The notes beneath the pieces were generated by a model. The model searched no databases. It worked only from the letters and a program-made list of their open reading frames with translations, and was not told the origin of the DNA. A program made the position numbers and the translations under genes. This document shows, piece after piece, positions 22,176 through 32,132 of a DNA stretch of 64,000 bases. This stretch comes from an uncultured Gammaproteobacteria bacterium (GTDB lineage: Bacteria > Pseudomonadota > Gammaproteobacteria > Pseudomonadales > Pseudohongiellaceae), in contig CAJXVC010000013.1 in NCBI GenBank assembly GCA_913060975.1, positions 1,536-65,535 of the forward strand, given 5' to 3'. How positions within the stretch are numbered: the stretch's first letter is position 1; each line of letters opens with the position of its first letter.

Positions 22176-23207
22176 TCAACTCAGCTTTTCAACAAAGGCT
22201 TCCAGAGCCTCCAATCCGACCACATCACGGGCAATCAGCTCCACTTCCTGACGCGGTACTTTGGGGAGTTTTTTATCTAGCAGTTCCAGATGCACCGCTT
22301 CCTGGGCATGACGGTCACGCAAAAAATCGGCACCTTCGGCCGGGGTACGCTTGTTCACGACCAGGCATTCAACCTGAATGCCTGAATGAGCCAGTTTCTC
22401 ATGTAGCTCGATAGTTTCGAGCACCGGCAGGCGTTCGGCAGCCAGCACGATGACAAAAGAAGTGAGATCGGTATTGGCCAGTGTATCGCGCAGATCGGAA
22501 AACTTACGACGCCGGCGCAGCAGTATTTGGCGAATCTTGCTTTCTTTTTGCTTCTCTTCGTCCTGCTCACCACCAAAGGTTTTGTCTTCCATGGAGCTAT
22601 CCCGGCCCAGTTCGCGAACGAACTCGGCGAAACGGTCGGCTTTCTCGCGCTGCTTGATCAAGCCTTCGGTCCAGGCCGACATCATTTCCGGCAACACCAT
22701 CAAGCGTGCCGTATGCCCGGAAGGCGCCGTATCGAACACAATCAGGTCATAGTCATTCAGACCAGTCTCCACGACTTCGGCAATACGCTCAAGAATCGCT
22801 GCCTCTTGCATACCGGGGGCGTCCCGGGACAGGGTCATATGCTTGTCGATCTCTTTATGCTGAGTCACCGGCATGAGCTGATGCAGCGCCGACGTGACTT
22901 CTTTTAGATGCATGTCGACGGTTTCTTCCGGGTCCAGCTCCAGCGCGTCCAGACCGGCCGTAATGCGCACTGGCCTTGAGCCAATCTTGCGGTCAAACAA
23001 ATGACCGAGGTTATGGGCAGGATCCGTAGAAACCAGCAGCACTTTGGCTCCTTCATTGGCACGCGCCAGCGCAGTTGCCGCAGACACAGTGGTCTTGCCG
23101 ACGCCACCTTTGCCACCGAAGAAGAGAATCTTGCGTTGTCGAGCCAGGTCTAACAGCAACTGATGTGATCCAGCGGTGAGCGCTCCATGCCCATGCGAGT
23201 GTGCCAC
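22176..23207 (-). CDS. ArsA/GET3-family ATPase (single domain)
   Basis: GKGGVGKTT, STDPAHNL and DTAPSGH motifs; the true start may be TTG 23159, overlapping the upstream stop. Confidence 0.88.
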   Translation of the reverse strand: MAHSHGHGALTAGSHQLLLDLARQRKILFFGGKGGVGKTTVSAATALARANEGAKVLLVSTDPAHNLGHLFDRKIGSRPVRITAGLDALELDPEETVDMHLKEVTSALHQLMPVTQHKEIDKHMTLSRDAPGMQEAAILERIAEVVETGLNDYDLIVFDTAPSGHTARLMVLPEMMSAWTEGLIKQREKADRFAEFVRELGRDSSMEDKTFGGEQDEEKQKESKIRQILLRRRRKFSDLRDTLANTDLTSFVIVLAAERLPVLETIELHEKLAHSGIQVECLVVNKRTPAEGADFLRDRHAQEAVHLELLDKKLPKVPRQEVELIARDVVGLEALEAFVEKLS

Positions 23208-23467
23208 TCGTGGAAGCGATCATAGATTAGGGGAAGCATTTCCAGCGTGTAGTACGCGGCCGGGTTGGGGACACCCAGACTGTCAGCAAAAATCAGCAGC
23301 ATGAACAAATCCTCTTCGTCACGTTGCGCACGGGCAAAACTACGACGATACGGCGTGACATAAAAGTCGTAGAGGCCCTGCTCAATGCGAGCCAGAAAAC
23401 TCTTATTCGGCTTGCCGTTCGCTTTACCGTCGCCGGACTTGCTGAGCTTGTTGGATTTGTCTGACAT
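23150..23467 (-). CDS. Small protein ending in Cys-Cys (cory-CC-star-like)
   Basis: DLFMLL...LGVPNP...FHEWHTRMG...CC-stop; overlaps the ArsA-like gene. Confidence 0.7.
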   Translation of the reverse strand: MSDKSNKLSKSGDGKANGKPNKSFLARIEQGLYDFYVTPYRRSFARAQRDEEDLFMLLIFADSLGVPNPAAYYTLEMLPLIYDRFHEWHTRMGMERSPLDHISCC

Positions 23468-23518
23468 GACTATTGGCTAATTCGAGCCTGATTAAGTAGC
23501 TATAATAACAAACAATGC

Positions 23519-23869
23519 TTAACTTTTCGTGCCTTGTCGGGCCGATGCGCGTTTCGATTCAGCCCGTTGCAAGCGTGCCTGTTTGGGATCAATCGTCAAC
23601 GGCCGGTAGATCTCGACTCGGTCACCAGCCTTGAGCGCATAATCTTTTGGCAGCGGGCGCGTCTTGCCGTCCAGGTGCTTGGCAAAAATCCCCATGGCAT
23701 TGGCGTCGGGATCAATATCCGGGAATTCACTCACAATGCCTGACTGGACGACGGCTTCATAGGCAGACGTGCCCGGCTTGACCTGCAGACTGATGATGCG
23801 CTGTTTGTCTGGCAGCGCATAGGCCACCTCGACACTGATCAGCTTATTTGCAGGCGCCGCAGTACTCAT
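23519..23869 (-). CDS. ratB: RnfH/RatB family ubiquitin-fold protein
   Basis: VEVAYA and GDRVEIYRPL..DPK motifs; next to ratA and smpB. Confidence 0.88.
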   Translation of the reverse strand: MSTAAPANKLISVEVAYALPDKQRIISLQVKPGTSAYEAVVQSGIVSEFPDIDPDANAMGIFAKHLDGKTRPLPKDYALKAGDRVEIYRPLTIDPKQARLQRAESKRASARQGTKS

Positions 23870-23896
23870 CTGTTGCTACTTTTGTTCAATACGCTG

Positions 23897-24328
23897 TTAT
23901 TGATATACATCGCGCGCTCTGGCCACCATGGCATCGACCTGACCTGAGGCCGAGGCTGACACCAGTTTCTCGGCCGCCAAGCCAATGAGCCCGCCAGCCA
24001 TTTCGAACTGCATCTCGAGGGTCACTTTACAGGCACCTTCGGAAAGAGGCGTAAACTGCCAACACGCGGTAAAACTGGAGAAGTTACCTTCGACCAGACT
24101 CATGCGGATAGTATTCGGGCGGTCGAGTTCATTGCGCGTTGTGAAGCGTTGTTTGATACCCGCCTTGCCCAGACACAACTCGCCGACCATTTCGGTGTCA
24201 GTCTGCGAAACGATTTTGGCTTCCGTACAGCCAGGCAGGAACTGCGGGTACTGCTCGATGTCGTTGACGAGATCGAACATCTGTTCCGCCGAGTACGTAA
24301 CCAGAGCACTGCGATTAATCACGGTCAT
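23897..24328 (-). CDS. ratA: RatA/Coq10-like START domain protein
   Basis: SALV.YSAEQMFDLVND..YP.FLP.C and FTTRN motifs. Confidence 0.9.
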   Translation of the reverse strand: MTVINRSALVTYSAEQMFDLVNDIEQYPQFLPGCTEAKIVSQTDTEMVGELCLGKAGIKQRFTTRNELDRPNTIRMSLVEGNFSSFTACWQFTPLSEGACKVTLEMQFEMAGGLIGLAAEKLVSASASGQVDAMVARARDVYQ

Positions 24329-24349
24329 GAGTGAAGCTACTACGGCCCG

Positions 24350-25753
24350 TCAAGCGAAATAGATTTGCGACACTGTGCTGATAAAGACAATCAGCAGTAC
24401 CGCGGGAATAACTGTGCCAAGTGAGAAGTTAATATACTTCTCCAGCCAGGAACCTTCGAAATTCGGATCGCCGACTACCAGTTCGGATTTCAAGCCACTC
24501 ACTTTCCAGCGATGCGCACAGAAGACGCAGACAATGAATCCGACCAAAGGCAAAATCGTTTCGTAAAACACATCCGATATCAGATCAAAGAACGATTTGC
24601 TGACTCCGCCATAACTGGTGAAATTGGTAAAGAAGTCGGAGATGCCGAGCGACATAGTGGCAGGCACTGCAAACACAGTCAGTAGCACGGCCTGAATAGC
24701 CACTGCTTTCTTACGAGAGATCTTGAACTCGTCCATCCAACAACAAATTGGAATCTCAATTATTGATACCAGCGATGTCAGTGCCGCGAAGAAGACAAGC
24801 ACAAAGAACACCGAGGCAACAATGCTGGCGCCGGTATAGCCCACCGCTAATTCCATGGACAGGAAAATCTTCGGCAAGAAGCTGAAAATCAATCCCACAC
24901 TGCTAGTCGACAGATCGTCGGTATTGGTATTGGGGTCAAAAGCAAAGATCGCAGGCAGGATTAACAAGCCAGCGAAGAATGCGATTGAAGTATCGGCGAT
25001 CGCTACCATTCGAGTCGACGCCGGGATATTGTCTTCGCGAGAAAAATAAGACCCATAGGTAATCAAGATGCCCATACCCAATGACAGCGAGAAAAACGCC
25101 TGACTAAGGGCGCCATTTATCACAGACAGATCGATACGACTGAAATCGGGTACCAGGTAATAGCTGACGCCAACACTGGCATTGTCCAAGGTCAGCACGA
25201 AGATAGTCAGCAGAATCAACATGACGGCCAGCGTCGGCATCAGGACACGCGCCAGTCGTTCAATACCACCTTTCACGCCACCTAGTAGAATGAGGAAGAT
25301 GACAGCCAGCAAGGCGATGAGATAGCCGAATAACGAGGGGCTGGAGACGATCCCGCCAAACGTCGTATCATCGGCGAGACCGCGCAGGTTACCAGTGAAC
25401 ACCTCTTTGATGTACACCACCAACCAGACCGTGATCACCGTATAGAACACCGCGATCATAAAAGGTGTCAGGATGGCCAGCATACCGGCCAGGCGCCAGC
25501 GCTTGTCGCCCCCGGATAATTCGGAGAATGCGCCAACCGGATTACGATTGGTGGCCCGCCCCATGGATATCTCCGCCATCATTACCGGATAGCAGATGAA
25601 CGCCACGAAGAACAAATAGATGAATAAAAAGGCGGCGCCGCCATTTTTGGACGCCATCACCGGGAACGCAACCAGGTTGCCAAGGCCAACTGCGGATCCG
25701 GCAGCAGCAAGAATAAACCCTAATCTCGAACTGAACTGCCCTCGTTCCTGCAA
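24350..25753 (-). CDS. Sodium-dependent transporter (NSS/SNF family)
   Basis: GFILAAAGSAVGLGN and QAFFSLSLG motifs; about 12 TM segments. Confidence 0.92.
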   Translation of the reverse strand: MQERGQFSSRLGFILAAAGSAVGLGNLVAFPVMASKNGGAAFLFIYLFFVAFICYPVMMAEISMGRATNRNPVGAFSELSGGDKRWRLAGMLAILTPFMIAVFYTVITVWLVVYIKEVFTGNLRGLADDTTFGGIVSSPSLFGYLIALLAVIFLILLGGVKGGIERLARVLMPTLAVMLILLTIFVLTLDNASVGVSYYLVPDFSRIDLSVINGALSQAFFSLSLGMGILITYGSYFSREDNIPASTRMVAIADTSIAFFAGLLILPAIFAFDPNTNTDDLSTSSVGLIFSFLPKIFLSMELAVGYTGASIVASVFFVLVFFAALTSLVSIIEIPICCWMDEFKISRKKAVAIQAVLLTVFAVPATMSLGISDFFTNFTSYGGVSKSFFDLISDVFYETILPLVGFIVCVFCAHRWKVSGLKSELVVGDPNFEGSWLEKYINFSLGTVIPAVLLIVFISTVSQIYFA

Positions 25754-25918
25754 AGTAAAACTCCTTTAAAGTCAGCCTTTTAGCTTGTTGTTATGCACGG
25801 GTAGCCCGGAATTCTATCAGTGCCCCCGGGGCAGCACAACGACGAGCCACCGCGGTGAGTTCTACATAGAACGAGTTAGTTGCAGCGCTTTGCAGCGAAC
25901 ACGCTATAATCGCCGCCC

Positions 25919-26401
25919 ATGGCTAAATCTGCAAAAAAGAAAACACCGGATACTACTATTGTCGTCAACAAGAAGGCGCGACATGACTATTTTATCCAGG
26001 ACACTATTGAAGCCGGCGTGCAATTGCAGGGCTGGGAAGTCAAAGCCCTGCGCCTGAAAAAAGTGCAGCTGCTGGACAGCTATGTCCTGATCAAGAACGG
26101 CGAAGCCTACTTGCTGGGCTGCAACATCAACCCACTGGATACCGCCAGCACCCACGTCATTGCTGACCCCCAGCGTACACGCAAGCTACTGCTGCACAAA
26201 AGACAGCTGTCGCAACTGTTTGCCGCGACGCAGCAAAAAGGCGACACCTGCGTGTGCACCAAGCTGTACTGGAAAGACCACCTGGTGAAAGCCCAGATCG
26301 CGCTGGCCAAGGGTAAGCAAGCCCATGACAAGCGCGCGACTTTGAAAGAGCGCCAGTGGAATATCGACAAGCAGCGGGTTGTGCGAGAGCATAATAAGTA
26401 G
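25919..26401 (+). CDS. smpB: SsrA-binding protein SmpB
   Basis: [20 protein letters not shown] and GK..HDKR motifs. Confidence 0.97.
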   Translation: MAKSAKKKTPDTTIVVNKKARHDYFIQDTIEAGVQLQGWEVKALRLKKVQLLDSYVLIKNGEAYLLGCNINPLDTASTHVIADPQRTRKLLLHKRQLSQLFAATQQKGDTCVCTKLYWKDHLVKAQIALAKGKQAHDKRATLKERQWNIDKQRVVREHNK

Positions 26402-26674
26402 GAGCTGCTGCTGATCTGCCAGTAATTTACTTGTGCAAGTTATTGTTTCGCGCAGCAGAGATTGAAGTGAGCCGGGCTGTAGTGAGAATCGCCCAATTCT
26501 TTCACCTCATCTGATTCCCGGCCAAAGCGGGTGTCTGACTCGCAAACCCTTCAACTAATCCTTCGATGAACGCCACAACCAGCGGCGATAAGCTGATATC
26601 TTGCTCTGATATGCGTCTATCCGGCCCTGTAAACTTCGGTGCTGATTAGCCAATCCCTTGCTAATCGAAAAATG

Positions 26675-26683
26675 TGCTATAAT
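26675..26683 (+). promoter_or_regulatory. Extended -10 promoter of tmRNA
   Basis: TGcTATAAT about 17 nt upstream of the mature 5' end. Confidence 0.55.
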
Positions 26684-26699
26684 TTGATTGTTCATCGAT

Positions 26700-27060
26700 G
26701 GGGGCGATTCGGATTCGACGCCGGTATCAACACCTGCGGTGCATGCCGAGAACGTAATGATTCTCGTAAATCCCTCATTACAACTTTATAGTTGCCAACG
26801 ACGACAACTACGCTCTAGCAGCCTAAAAGGCTTGCTAGCGATTGCCTCTTGGATGTCCGTAAACTTGAGTTTGCAATCGTCATATAGAACGGAATCGCCA
26901 GTGGAGCGCGCTTGACGCGAAGCGGCTAAAAAGTATCAAGCTCGCCCAAATCACCCTGCCCGTCGGGCGGATACGGGTTAACTCAATAGACGACGCTAAG
27001 CATGTAGAGCCAATGGCTGCGAACTGACGGACGGGAGTTCAACTCTCCCCGCCTCCACCA
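26700..27060 (+). ncRNA. ssrA: tmRNA; tag peptide ANDDNYALAA at 26794-26826
   Basis: 5' GGGGGCG...GATTCGAC pairs with 3' CGCCTCC-ACCA (G3-U wobble); T-arm GTTCAACT; canonical tag ORF; lies downstream of smpB. Confidence 0.97.
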
Positions 27061-27064
27061 AATT

Positions 27065-27099
27065 AAAAAGGGCTACCCTATCCGGGGTAGCCCTTTTTT
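27065..27099 (+). terminator. tmRNA terminator (bidirectional)
   Basis: AAAAAGGGCTACCC...GGGTAGCCCTTTTTT. Confidence 0.85.
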
Positions 27100-27284
27100 A
27101 TTGGTCGATTGCGAGAGTTTCGAACTCTTTAAGTCGAGTTCGTGCGAATTGCCAGGAGCAATTGGCGACGCCGGCTTACGCTGGGCATCGTGATTTAGGA
27201 CCTCGCAAGCAATTTAGACTAATATATTAATTAATCCACGAGCATTATCGCTTTCTACAGCGATCCAAGCATCAGGCTATCCAT

Positions 27285-28799
27285 TCATTCTTGGTCTTGC
27301 GACTGGAGAATCTCAAATGGAACCCGTAAATATGCGTCTTTGAGTAATTTAACAGTATCAGATGACAAGCGATGTTTGCGAGTAGCCCTATCTTCCGCAA
27401 TTGCGTCATATATACAGTGGCGGAGGTAGTTTGTCACTGCATTCTCTCCATCTAACATCTGCCAGTGCGGATGTTGTAGATTAATTACAACCGAAACTTC
27501 ATCCTCAGGTTTACTATCTGTTACGAAGTAAGGGTCGTTGACGGAAACGTGAGAATCTAGATACACGTTTATTTCTATGTCTGCAATGGTTGCTTTAAAG
27601 CTGGGTTCATGTGTTTCAGCGCTCGCAACAACACTGTCATTGGCCTCCTCGATTGCTTCATCAGGAGGAATAACATCAATCAAAGTCAACTTGTCTATGA
27701 ATTCAGGACTAGAAAGCTCTTCTTCAAGTGTTCTTACGGCTATGTCGATCTGTGGCTGAGTTGGGCCGGTATCAATCCTCCCTCTCCTAGTCTTTCGTGC
27801 GGCATCAATATAAATAGATAGCTCATCTTTTAGTCCTTGCTCAACTGCTTCTTCTTCATCCAAATGCCAATTAATTTCATCTTTCGTATGTGAAACCTCA
27901 AAATCTTCCAAATTTACCTCACCCACAAGCCTCTGGTTGATCAGATCGTTGCGGCCGCCAGCACCGAATATCGTTTCAGGACGCCAGCTATCAGGCCATC
28001 CTTTTATCAAACGCTTCCTATGTAATATAGAAAACCCGGCCTTAGACCTACTGCCATTCCGAAGAACACCGACCCATCCTTCTACAACCTTAGTTCCGTT
28101 CTCTGTTTCAACTTCAAAGATAAAACTATCCCTATATCTAGTCCCATCCGGCCTTTCGACAAAATCTGAACCTTCAAACCCTGGCCATTCAAGGGTTTCC
28201 CCGTCATACTTTAACTGCATTAATCCATTGGCAATATCTATTCGATAGATACTAGAAAGGTATTGCTTCACTTTACCTATTGTTCTTCCAGCTAACGCCC
28301 GGTTATGCCCGCTTATCTCTAGTTGAGTGTAATGGCTACCAGGGTCTTCGTTCTCAATGTTAATCGGCATAGTTAGATCACCAGACGCCACGCGATCAAC
28401 GTCTATTTCTACAGTTAGCCTCTCATTTGAGCCAAGTTTTGAAGTTCTAATAACCCACTTATTCCCAATCCAACATGCAGCTGTTTTAAGACCCAGCCCA
28501 TATCTTGAACGACCAGAGATATCTTGAGGCGGCACTCCTACTTTTAGCGCTCTCGCCAAGTCATTTTGATCCATACCCATCGCATTATCAGAAATTCGTA
28601 GAAAATCTTCATCTCTAGTGATATTTACAGAAAACACTTCAGACTCTTTGTCTAGCGCATTATCTAATGCTGCTCTGTTGTCCATATAACTTTGCGTTGA
28701 GTTATCGACAAACTCAGCCATTGCATACCACCATTTATATGACAGCCTCCTATAGTTTGAAAAATTTTGATACCCGAATTCAATAGTGACATCAGCCAT
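27285..28799 (-). CDS. GHKL (MORC/MutL/Hsp90-like) ATPase
   Basis: Bergerat-fold motifs EFVDNS, DNAMGM, SRYGLGLK and G..YT, followed by a probable S5-like domain. Confidence 0.82.
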   Translation of the reverse strand: MADVTIEFGYQNFSNYRRLSYKWWYAMAEFVDNSTQSYMDNRAALDNALDKESEVFSVNITRDEDFLRISDNAMGMDQNDLARALKVGVPPQDISGRSRYGLGLKTAACWIGNKWVIRTSKLGSNERLTVEIDVDRVASGDLTMPINIENEDPGSHYTQLEISGHNRALAGRTIGKVKQYLSSIYRIDIANGLMQLKYDGETLEWPGFEGSDFVERPDGTRYRDSFIFEVETENGTKVVEGWVGVLRNGSRSKAGFSILHRKRLIKGWPDSWRPETIFGAGGRNDLINQRLVGEVNLEDFEVSHTKDEINWHLDEEEAVEQGLKDELSIYIDAARKTRRGRIDTGPTQPQIDIAVRTLEEELSSPEFIDKLTLIDVIPPDEAIEEANDSVVASAETHEPSFKATIADIEINVYLDSHVSVNDPYFVTDSKPEDEVSVVINLQHPHWQMLDGENAVTNYLRHCIYDAIAEDRATRKHRLSSDTVKLLKDAYLRVPFEILQSQDQE

Positions 28800-29607
28800 T
28801 TAAATTGCCCCTTCTTCTGTGTTCCCTTTTAATAATTCTTATATCAGTTATCGAGGTAACCTCTAACAAATACTGCTTACCTTCTTCTAAATTTGGATCA
28901 GGAGATAGAAAAAGCATGGCCTCTGATTCCGTACACAGAACTTTCAAACCGTGCATTGTCCCACCATAATTGGCTTGTAGACTTGCAGAGTGCATATCTC
29001 TCAGTATTGGTGGAGGAGTTTTACAATAAAGAGAATTCAAGGTTTGATGCTTGACCAGCTTTATGGATTCTGAAGCAGGTTTAACAGGATGGTACCCATC
29101 ATGAAGCACTATGCAGTCATCAAGCTCATTGAAATAAGCCTCCAATATAGCCATCTTTACACCTATAGATCTGAGTTCCTTATGCCAGTCCGATTGATAG
29201 ACTGATGATGAATCCACAACGACTAATACTATGGGCCTTTGATAGCGCACAAGTGAAAATAGGCTTTCATAACAGTCTAACTCTAGGCGGCTGTTCAAGT
29301 ACTGAGCGTGAATATCAGAGTATTCTCCTTCAACAAAGGTTGTAACTTGAGGAATAACGTGGGAATTGAGAGAATGATGTGCTAATTCCACTTCCACGAC
29401 AAACCAGCATGACAAATCTTTCGCAACTATAGCTAGATCTGGAATATTTCTCGTCCCATTTACACCTTGAATTTCTTTTTTAAATGGGAGCACATGAAAA
29501 TCTAGTAATTTTTTCCTAAACTCGGAGAGCACTACTGCCTCGTACTGAGCCTCGCTCGAGAAACTCTTAGGCAAATATACGCGGTCATTTTTTGAAATTT
29601 GTCTCAT
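28792..29607 (-). CDS. Hypothetical protein with a PD-(D/E)xK-like nuclease motif
   Basis: E..YE helix, then PDLAIV...WFVVEVEL; overlaps both neighbours. Confidence 0.55.
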   Translation of the reverse strand: MRQISKNDRVYLPKSFSSEAQYEAVVLSEFRKKLLDFHVLPFKKEIQGVNGTRNIPDLAIVAKDLSCWFVVEVELAHHSLNSHVIPQVTTFVEGEYSDIHAQYLNSRLELDCYESLFSLVRYQRPIVLVVVDSSSVYQSDWHKELRSIGVKMAILEAYFNELDDCIVLHDGYHPVKPASESIKLVKHQTLNSLYCKTPPPILRDMHSASLQANYGGTMHGLKVLCTESEAMLFLSPDPNLEEGKQYLLEVTSITDIRIIKREHRRRGNLNG

Positions 29608-30770
29608 TTAATAGCGGCGGCTTTCCAAGTTGTTTCTGCCACACCAATCAGCCCTGCTTCTTCTTCTCGAAGCTGCAACTCTCGGTCTTCCCCATAGTAA
29701 AGCGTGTAGACAGTGGCATAATTTTTTCCGTTAGCCGGCCTCAAGACTCTACCTAACCGTTGAATACGCTGACGAGTACTTGTAGTCGACTGGGCAACAA
29801 TCGCGACATTCGATTCAGGAACGTTTGTGCCCTCATCAAGCGCTCGACAAGTCACAAGAACATTAGATTCGCCGCGTCTGAACATTCTTAGATTGTCACG
29901 TCTGTGCGCGCTAGACATTCGAGAATGGTATGCCACGCTAGTCATACCCTGCGACTTCAACCCAGAACAAATAGAATGCAAGGATCCAACTCTCTCGTGA
30001 AAAATAATAATTCGCTGATCTCTATGAGCTATAGCTAATCGCACTGCCCAAGCAGTTCGTGAGGCATTAGCAAACGTTTTTGCACTACGAACTTGGCTTT
30101 TCTTAGTCTCATCGCTTTCGAGCGCAATCATTGACTTCCTAGATAAATTGCTTTTATAGAACACATCGTCCGTCACAGAAATATCAATATTGACCAGATC
30201 AAAATCTACGATGACCTTATCTCTGTGCGCATCTCTATACGAATACTCGAAAATGACATTACCTAGGCTAGGGACTAGATAACTGTCGAACCCATCATCA
30301 TTCTCCCTATATGGGGTAGCGGAGAGCCCAAGCGTTGCGCTATGTGTTCCTGCTAATGATCTTGAGTTTTCTTTGGTAGCCGATCTATGACATTCATCAA
30401 CTATCAGAAAAGTCTCTTCATCTGATGCCAACCATTCACCCAAGTTTCTAGCAGTGTTCATGACAGTTACATTTATCTTAGCAGGCTGATTTGCCTTGTC
30501 CTCTCCACTAAAACATGCAATTTCTTCTTGCTGAAATTCCATTGATTCAGCGATATCCAAAGCCCATTGATCCATTAAGGCGAGTGTAGGAACCACAATA
30601 TTTACTCGCCCATTGGGAAATTGCTTTAAAAATTCCTCAATGCAGAGATACGAAAAAATAGTTTTTCCCCCACCGGTGACAACATGGGCAATTCCCGATA
30701 GGTTCTCAGCCCATCTTGATAATGCTGCCTTTTGCCATTGCCTGGGTTCTAGCCCTTTTCTTAATCGCAT
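29604..30770 (-). CDS. SF2 DExH helicase/ATPase (XPB/ResIII-like)
   Basis: Q motif PRQWQ, Walker A TGGGKT, DECH, SATP and QRLGRVLR motifs. Confidence 0.88.
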   Translation of the reverse strand: MRLRKGLEPRQWQKAALSRWAENLSGIAHVVTGGGKTIFSYLCIEEFLKQFPNGRVNIVVPTLALMDQWALDIAESMEFQQEEIACFSGEDKANQPAKINVTVMNTARNLGEWLASDEETFLIVDECHRSATKENSRSLAGTHSATLGLSATPYRENDDGFDSYLVPSLGNVIFEYSYRDAHRDKVIVDFDLVNIDISVTDDVFYKSNLSRKSMIALESDETKKSQVRSAKTFANASRTAWAVRLAIAHRDQRIIIFHERVGSLHSICSGLKSQGMTSVAYHSRMSSAHRRDNLRMFRRGESNVLVTCRALDEGTNVPESNVAIVAQSTTSTRQRIQRLGRVLRPANGKNYATVYTLYYGEDRELQLREEEAGLIGVAETTWKAAAIK

Positions 30771-30790
30771 AGCCTTATGGTCCTTTACTT

Positions 30791-31798
30791 CTAAAGCAAC
30801 CCATCAAAGCGAGCCTTGGAACCTTCGATGTAATCTTCATTGGCTTCTACACTAATCCAGAACCTGTTTAGCGATTCAGAAGAAGCGCCAGTGGTATTGC
30901 TACCACCAAAGGGATCTAAAACTATGTCATTCTCGTCGGTTAAGAAATTGATGAAGAACTCCGCGATCGCACGAGGCATTCTGGCTGGATGAGGAGTCAG
31001 TTTTTTCTTTTTACAATACTGTTGGTAACGGTCTCTAGACAAAGTATTTCCGTGAGTCAGTACACTACCAGAAATCGCTCCGCCATGATCAGCCAAGAAT
31101 GATGTACTACCTATGTCATGTTCAGATGCGCGCTTACCAGAATTATAGCTTCCCCGCGCTAAAAGCTTTTTCATAGAGTCGCTATATTCCGTAAGCACTT
31201 TCCGGTTATCTGCTTTTGGCTTCTCATTTGGAGACATCCACCAAATTTTTGTAAAACTATCCTTTACTCTAACCCTATCAATCGTTACCCACTGGGCAGG
31301 CGTCGGTAGCTTAGCGGGATTATTCCAAATAAATTCTTGGCATAAATGCAGATCGTTTCGATCCAAAAATTCCAGAAGAGATCGAATGGCGAGAGTTGAC
31401 ATTGTGGGCGAGCCCTTCTCCCAAGAATTGCCAACTTCAATTACTATTGATCCTTTGGGTCTCAAAAGCGATTTAAAAATAGGGCCAAATTTACAAAGCC
31501 ATTCGATATAGTCCTCGCCTTGCAAATTTCCATATTTCTTTTTTCGGTTTAGAGGAAATGGCGGAGATGTAAAAATGAGATCTATCTTTCCTTCAAATTT
31601 TCCAAAGTAGCTACTAGATAACACCTCTTCAGAACGACCGCATAACATAGCTCCCTTTTCTGTTCTATATGCTCTATTTGCACATGGTCTCCCTGAAAAA
31701 AGCAAATTTCGATTCCGTTCTTCCTTTTTCAATCTGTTCACCACCAATCTGAGTTCTCGCGTAGAACCTACGCTTTCCTTATCAAATGAAATTTCCAC
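30791..31798 (-). CDS. Beta-class N4/N6 DNA methyltransferase (M.PvuII-like)
   Basis: Motif IV TSPPF near the N-terminus, HPARMP, motif I DPFGGSNTTG near the C-terminus. Confidence 0.9.
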   Translation of the reverse strand: MEISFDKESVGSTRELRLVVNRLKKEERNRNLLFSGRPCANRAYRTEKGAMLCGRSEEVLSSSYFGKFEGKIDLIFTSPPFPLNRKKKYGNLQGEDYIEWLCKFGPIFKSLLRPKGSIVIEVGNSWEKGSPTMSTLAIRSLLEFLDRNDLHLCQEFIWNNPAKLPTPAQWVTIDRVRVKDSFTKIWWMSPNEKPKADNRKVLTEYSDSMKKLLARGSYNSGKRASEHDIGSTSFLADHGGAISGSVLTHGNTLSRDRYQQYCKKKKLTPHPARMPRAIAEFFINFLTDENDIVLDPFGGSNTTGASSESLNRFWISVEANEDYIEGSKARFDGLL

Positions 31799-32132
31799 AA
31801 ATGAATTTCAATACCTTACTATAAAAATCGGCTAGAATTTCTTAGATGCAACATACTTCTCACCAACTTTTTTAAAACCCTGTCTGCAATCTATGGCCGT
31901 GTAGAATCTAGACATCCTAGTCTTACTATAGATTAAGAAGCCAAAGTAGGTATAACAGTATACTAGACAAGCTGTTATTTCCTTTCGAATCGCTATATTA
32001 GTGGTTTTCCTAAATGAGTAACATACCAAAATGACAGTATTTTCGTAGGCATATAGAAGCCGATACTCACCGCATATGCTTCTATATCAATAGGCTACAT
32101 ACATAGTTCAATTCTCCCCAGCTCCACAAAAT

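Noticed and set aside
23150..23158. Selenocysteine read-through at the CC C-terminus
   Set aside because: The codons are TGC TGT and the stop is TAG, not TGA.
22176..23207. Arsenic resistance operon
   Set aside because: Single-domain ATPase with no arsB, acr3, arsC, arsD or arsR nearby.
23519..24328. ratAB as an accessory toxin-antitoxin or defence module
   Set aside because: A core gene pair beside smpB in gammaproteobacteria; RatA is a Coq10-like protein.
31832..32029. 65-aa ORF as a controller (C) protein for the island
   Set aside because: No HTH-like pattern, TTG start and AT-rich context; more likely the promoter region.
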